A stretch of DNA of 54,236 nucleotides from Paecilomyces variotii. Lineage: Eukaryota. Position numbers and translations under genes: made by a program. The notes beneath the pieces were generated by a model. It saw only the letters and a list, made by a program, of their open reading frames with translations. It was not told where the DNA came from and did no database searches. The DNA is taken from assembly GCA_004022145.1 (NCBI GenBank), contig RCNU01000023.1, one strand, 5' to 3'. Shown here in pieces: positions 50,296 through 54,236 of the stretch (position 1 is the first letter of the stretch; every line of letters begins with the position of its first letter).

Positions 50296-53200
50296 TGTTG
50301 TAGGAAGATATATTAAGACTTAGCATAGAGTCTTTAAGCGAGTAAGTATTAAGAAGGAAAAGAAGGGTATTTAGCTTCAGAGCTTAGAGTAAAGCTAAAG
50401 AAGAAGCTTTAACTATAGACTAATATAATAAATTAATAATAATCTAATACTAAACTAATATTAAACAATAATAAAAAAGAAAAGCTAATTATTTTATTCT
50501 AAATAATTAAAAAATATTATCTCCTTTCTCCTATTTTATTTATAGACTTTTTAAAGATTTTAAGCAAAAATATATAACCTCTTAACTAATTATATTTTTT
50601 ATACTAATTCTCCCTACTATATAATCTCTCCTCTTCTAAAAGTAAATACCCTTATTTACCTTTCTTAATTATCGCAGTCTATACTATTTTCTCCTTTTAA
50701 TATTATAAATTATTTCTAAAATAAGAATATTCTAATTTCTAATATTATATATATTTTAAAACCCCTAATTTATAAAGCTAAGTTCCTTTTCTCTGCAGAT
50801 AATCTTAAATTAATAATATATCTTATTTTAATATAAAGTATAGCTCTGCTTTAACTTCTAAATAATTTTAATTTAATTAATTAAGTATTACTCTGCTTAT
50901 AATTATAACTTTATTTATTTAAATATTAAAAGGCCTAGATTCTCTTTAATTAGATTTTATCTTATTTTGCTCCCTATAATTAAAATAGCAAATATTATTA
51001 AAATTTATTCCCTAATTTTCTAATATTAGCTAATATAGATTGCTAATAAAGATTATTTCTCCCCGCCTAAATATAATATCTCTTAAACCTATAATTTCCT
51101 TAGACTTATTTTTAGTAATTAATTTAGTTCTTAGGGTTATAAAGCTCTAGTTTATTCCTCTCTTAAGAATAACAGTCTCTATATTTAATACTTTTAGCTT
51201 ATATCTCTTAAGATATTAAATCTATAGCCTATATTTATTATAATTATATAGCGCTAATTAGATTAAATAAATCTAAATATCTTATATAATAACCTTCTAA
51301 AGAATACTCTTAGATAAGTTTTTAAACCTTATTATTCCTTTACCCTCTTTTTTATAATAAAAGGCTGCTTTTACTTCTATAATAATATATTATAATATCT
51401 TTTTTATTAGTTTCCTTTTAAAGAGTATAATCTAGAAAATCTTATTTGCTTTCTAATAATTAAAGTTCTCTCTTATTATAATATCTAACTAGATATATTA
51501 GTCTTATATCTTATTTAGGGTAAAGTCTTTTTTACTTAGATTAAAATATTTTTTATCCTTATATTTAGATTTAGGATACTCTTTAGCCCTATATAGATTA
51601 TTTTAGACTTTATAATATAAGCTGCTTAGTATATTATTAAAAATATCTATATTAATTAACTTAAGATCTCTAAATAGTTAAACTATCCCTAATACTAAAG
51701 ATTTCTTAGGGAAAAGATTTTTAGATAAAGATTTTTTAACTTTTATATTATTTTTATCTTTTATATTTTTAGGATTTCTTAAAATAAAACTCTTTATTCT
51801 TTCTTTAACCTAGCTATTACTAAATATATCTAATATCTGCTTAGCCTCTATATTATTTTTAAATTATATAGTTCTAATATTCTATATATTTTTTAAATAC
51901 TTAATTTCTTTTTTAATAAAGGGATCTTCTAGATTTATTGTAGAAAAGGAGAGCTTTATATTAATTCTTAAGGCTCTGCTAGAAGATTCTATTACTTATT
52001 TATTTTTAAAAATTTTATTTATAAATTATTTAGTTTTTTTAAGCAAACTTCTATAAAAATAAATTATTATTTTAAATAATCTTTTCTTCTGCTATTTTAC
52101 TATTGCTAACTTTATATTTCTTATTATTTTTAATACTCTTCTAGCTTCTTTTATAGATATATTCTCCCTTATACTAATTATATTGGCTAATAATTATATA
52201 TAAGGCTTATAGATTAAGTTAATCTTCTTAAAATTAACCTACTATAAGACTTCTCTAATCTTTTTAATACTTATATTTAATCTATTTAGCTAAGACTATA
52301 TTTTAATTTCTCCCTTATCTAGGCAGCAATAATCCTTAAGGTTAATATTAAATCTTTATCCTTATTAAAACTATTTCTAATAATCTATACTAGTATTTTA
52401 AGATTTAAAATTATTATTACTATTTATAAGTATTTTTAACTTTTTTTTAAAAATATTATCTTCTATACTTCTTAATCCTATTATACTTTATACTTTTTTA
52501 ATATAAATTTAATATATAATAGTAGGTTTAATCCTTTCTTTTCTTAAAAATTCTAATATTTTTTTATTTTTTAAATTATTAATAGCCTTTTTTATTAATA
52601 TAAATATATTAACTTTATATTTATATCCTTTTTTTAGCTATTTCCCCTTATCTTAAGTTTTAAGCTTTTTTTTCTCTTTTAGCTTTTTAGGACTCTTAAT
52701 TCTTTTTTTCCTTTTTTCTCCTCCTTTATATTTTTCTTTCTTTTATCTAATATTAGATTTATTAATAAGCTTTTACCTAAATCTTTTATTTAATATTTTT
52801 TTTTTCTCCTATAATCTCCTTTAAAAGATTATTCTCCTTTATTTTTATTTTAATCTCTTATAGTTCTTTATTAATAGGCTTTTAAAAAATTAGTCTTTTT
52901 CTATTAAAGGCTTTTTTTAAGATATTTTTTACCTTTCTAATATTAATTAATTAAAGGCTTTTTTTAATTAATATTTCTTATCTCTTAATATTATAAAGTC
53001 TATTAACCTATACTTTTATTAAATATATAGCTATTATTTTCTAGTCTCTAATATTAGAAATTAATCCTCTTATAGCTATTAAGATTTAATATAACTTTCT
53101 AATAATTAATAAGACTTAGTCTATAATCTCTTAGCCCTATTTCTTTATAGCTTTATAGTAACTTTTATCAGCATATTTATAATTCTTTTTTACTTATATT

Positions 53201-54236
53201 TTTAATTCTTTTAGCTTATTAATAGCTAATATTTTTTTCTTTTTTATTTTTTTTAATAGCTCCTATTAGTTTAAGAAATTATAAAAATTATTAGCTATTT
53301 TATTATATCTGCTTTAAAAATTTAAAATAATTACTGCTATATTACTTATAAACTAAAATTTTTTTTTTTATTATTAGCCTTACTTATTATCTTTTTTATA
53401 AACTTATAAATTTTGCTAACTGTAGTATATATATATATTTTAAGTTAAAGAGCTTTATTCTAATAGATAATATTTTATATTTCTAATATATTTTTTTCTA
53501 TTTTTAATATATATCTTTATAAAATAATTCTTTAAAATAGTTTCTAAATAAAAAGATATATTTAAAAGATAAGATAGGGTTAAGTTTAGTTTAATTTAGT
53601 CTCCAATTATTTTTATTATAGTATTATATAATATAAAAAGTAAGATTTTTATAATAAGGTAAAAATTTTTTATTTATTGCTTATATTCTTTATCTAATAT
53701 TTTTTATTTTTAGCTTTATTTATAGACTTTTTTAAGGTATTTAAGCTAATATTATATATTTTTTAATTATCTCTTTTTTTTTTCTTTCTTAATTATCTTT
53801 AGGTATCTTTAAATTCTTCTCTTCCTTAAAAAAAGACGCCCTTATTTTAAGTTTACTCTCCTTCTCTTCTTATTATAATATTTTTATTTAATATTAAACT
53901 TATTTTATTATTAATTTTTTATTTCTCTTCTTTTAAGCTAATATTTTTAGAAGGAGGGTATTAAGACTATAACTATATATTTTAATCTAGATAATATCTA
54001 GTCTATATTATTATTATTATTATTTAGTTACTAATTTTCTTACTTAGATATTATATTATTATTTATAATTAATATTTTATTTTAATCCTCTTATAAATAA
54101 TAGCCTTTTAAATAATTTTTATAAATTAGGTCTTTAAAAAATATATTATCTAACTCTTTAAGCTTATAGAATTTTTTTAAGGACTTTTTTAATCTTATAT
54201 AATCTAAGCTAATAGTATACTAGTTTTTAAAATAAA
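50296..54236 (-). mobile_element. RIP-mutated LTR element copy 2: 3' LTR (50296-50621), PPT and internal region; sequence beyond 52427 presumed to continue the element or nest
   Basis: Starts TGTTGTAGGAAG; LTR ends CCCTACTATA. First 2132 bp align to copy 1 with C/T and G/A differences. TpA-rich and CpA/TpG-poor through the window end. Confidence 0.75.

Noticed and set aside
53815..53845. Second PPT-like tract suggesting another LTR boundary
   Set aside because: No adjacent TG..CA terminus or second copy to confirm it in heavily RIPed DNA.
47000..54236. Mitochondrial insertion (NUMT) or contaminant as the source of the AT-rich DNA
   Set aside because: Transposon termini, the DDE motif and transition-dominated divergence point to RIP; no mitochondrial gene motifs seen.

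Overview
Eukaryotic, intron-rich DNA from a filamentous ascomycete (gene set and GT-AG/CTRAC introns look Eurotiales-like; species not determinable). Bases 1 to ~46.5 kb are gene-dense, with about 20 genes. Housekeeping genes: kinesin-1, Rad6/Ubc2, acetyl-CoA acetyltransferase, TFIIIC subunit, ALG1, Msc2-type zinc CDF transporter, Ubc15/UBE2G1-type E2, carnitine/acylcarnitine carrier AcuH, methionine-type permease. Accessory genes: MBOAT/TRI7-like acyltransferase, a frameshifted F-box/LRR gene, orphans, a CFEM GPI protein, two SDRs, an MpaB-like oxygenase, a truncated Zn2Cys6 factor and a thiol/halide methyltransferase. From ~46.95 kb to the end the sequence turns abruptly into an extremely AT-rich, RIP-mutated transposon nest. 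It resolves into a Fot1/pogo DNA transposon (44-bp TIR, de-RIPable DDE motif) interrupted by an LTR element (326-bp LTR plus PPT), followed 2132 bp later by a second copy of the same family. The LTR element's 3' internal region did not decode by hand into integrase, chromodomain or RNase H. I found no CRISPR, rRNA, tRNA or telomere arrays and cannot claim a wholly new system. The best leads are the nested LTR family with an unrecognised 3' ORF, a thiolase with dual mitochondrial/PTS2 signals plus FarA sites, and a possibly decaying SDR-MpaB-Zn2Cys6-methyltransferase group at the heterochromatin edge. Exon boundaries were read by hand and may be off by a few bases.
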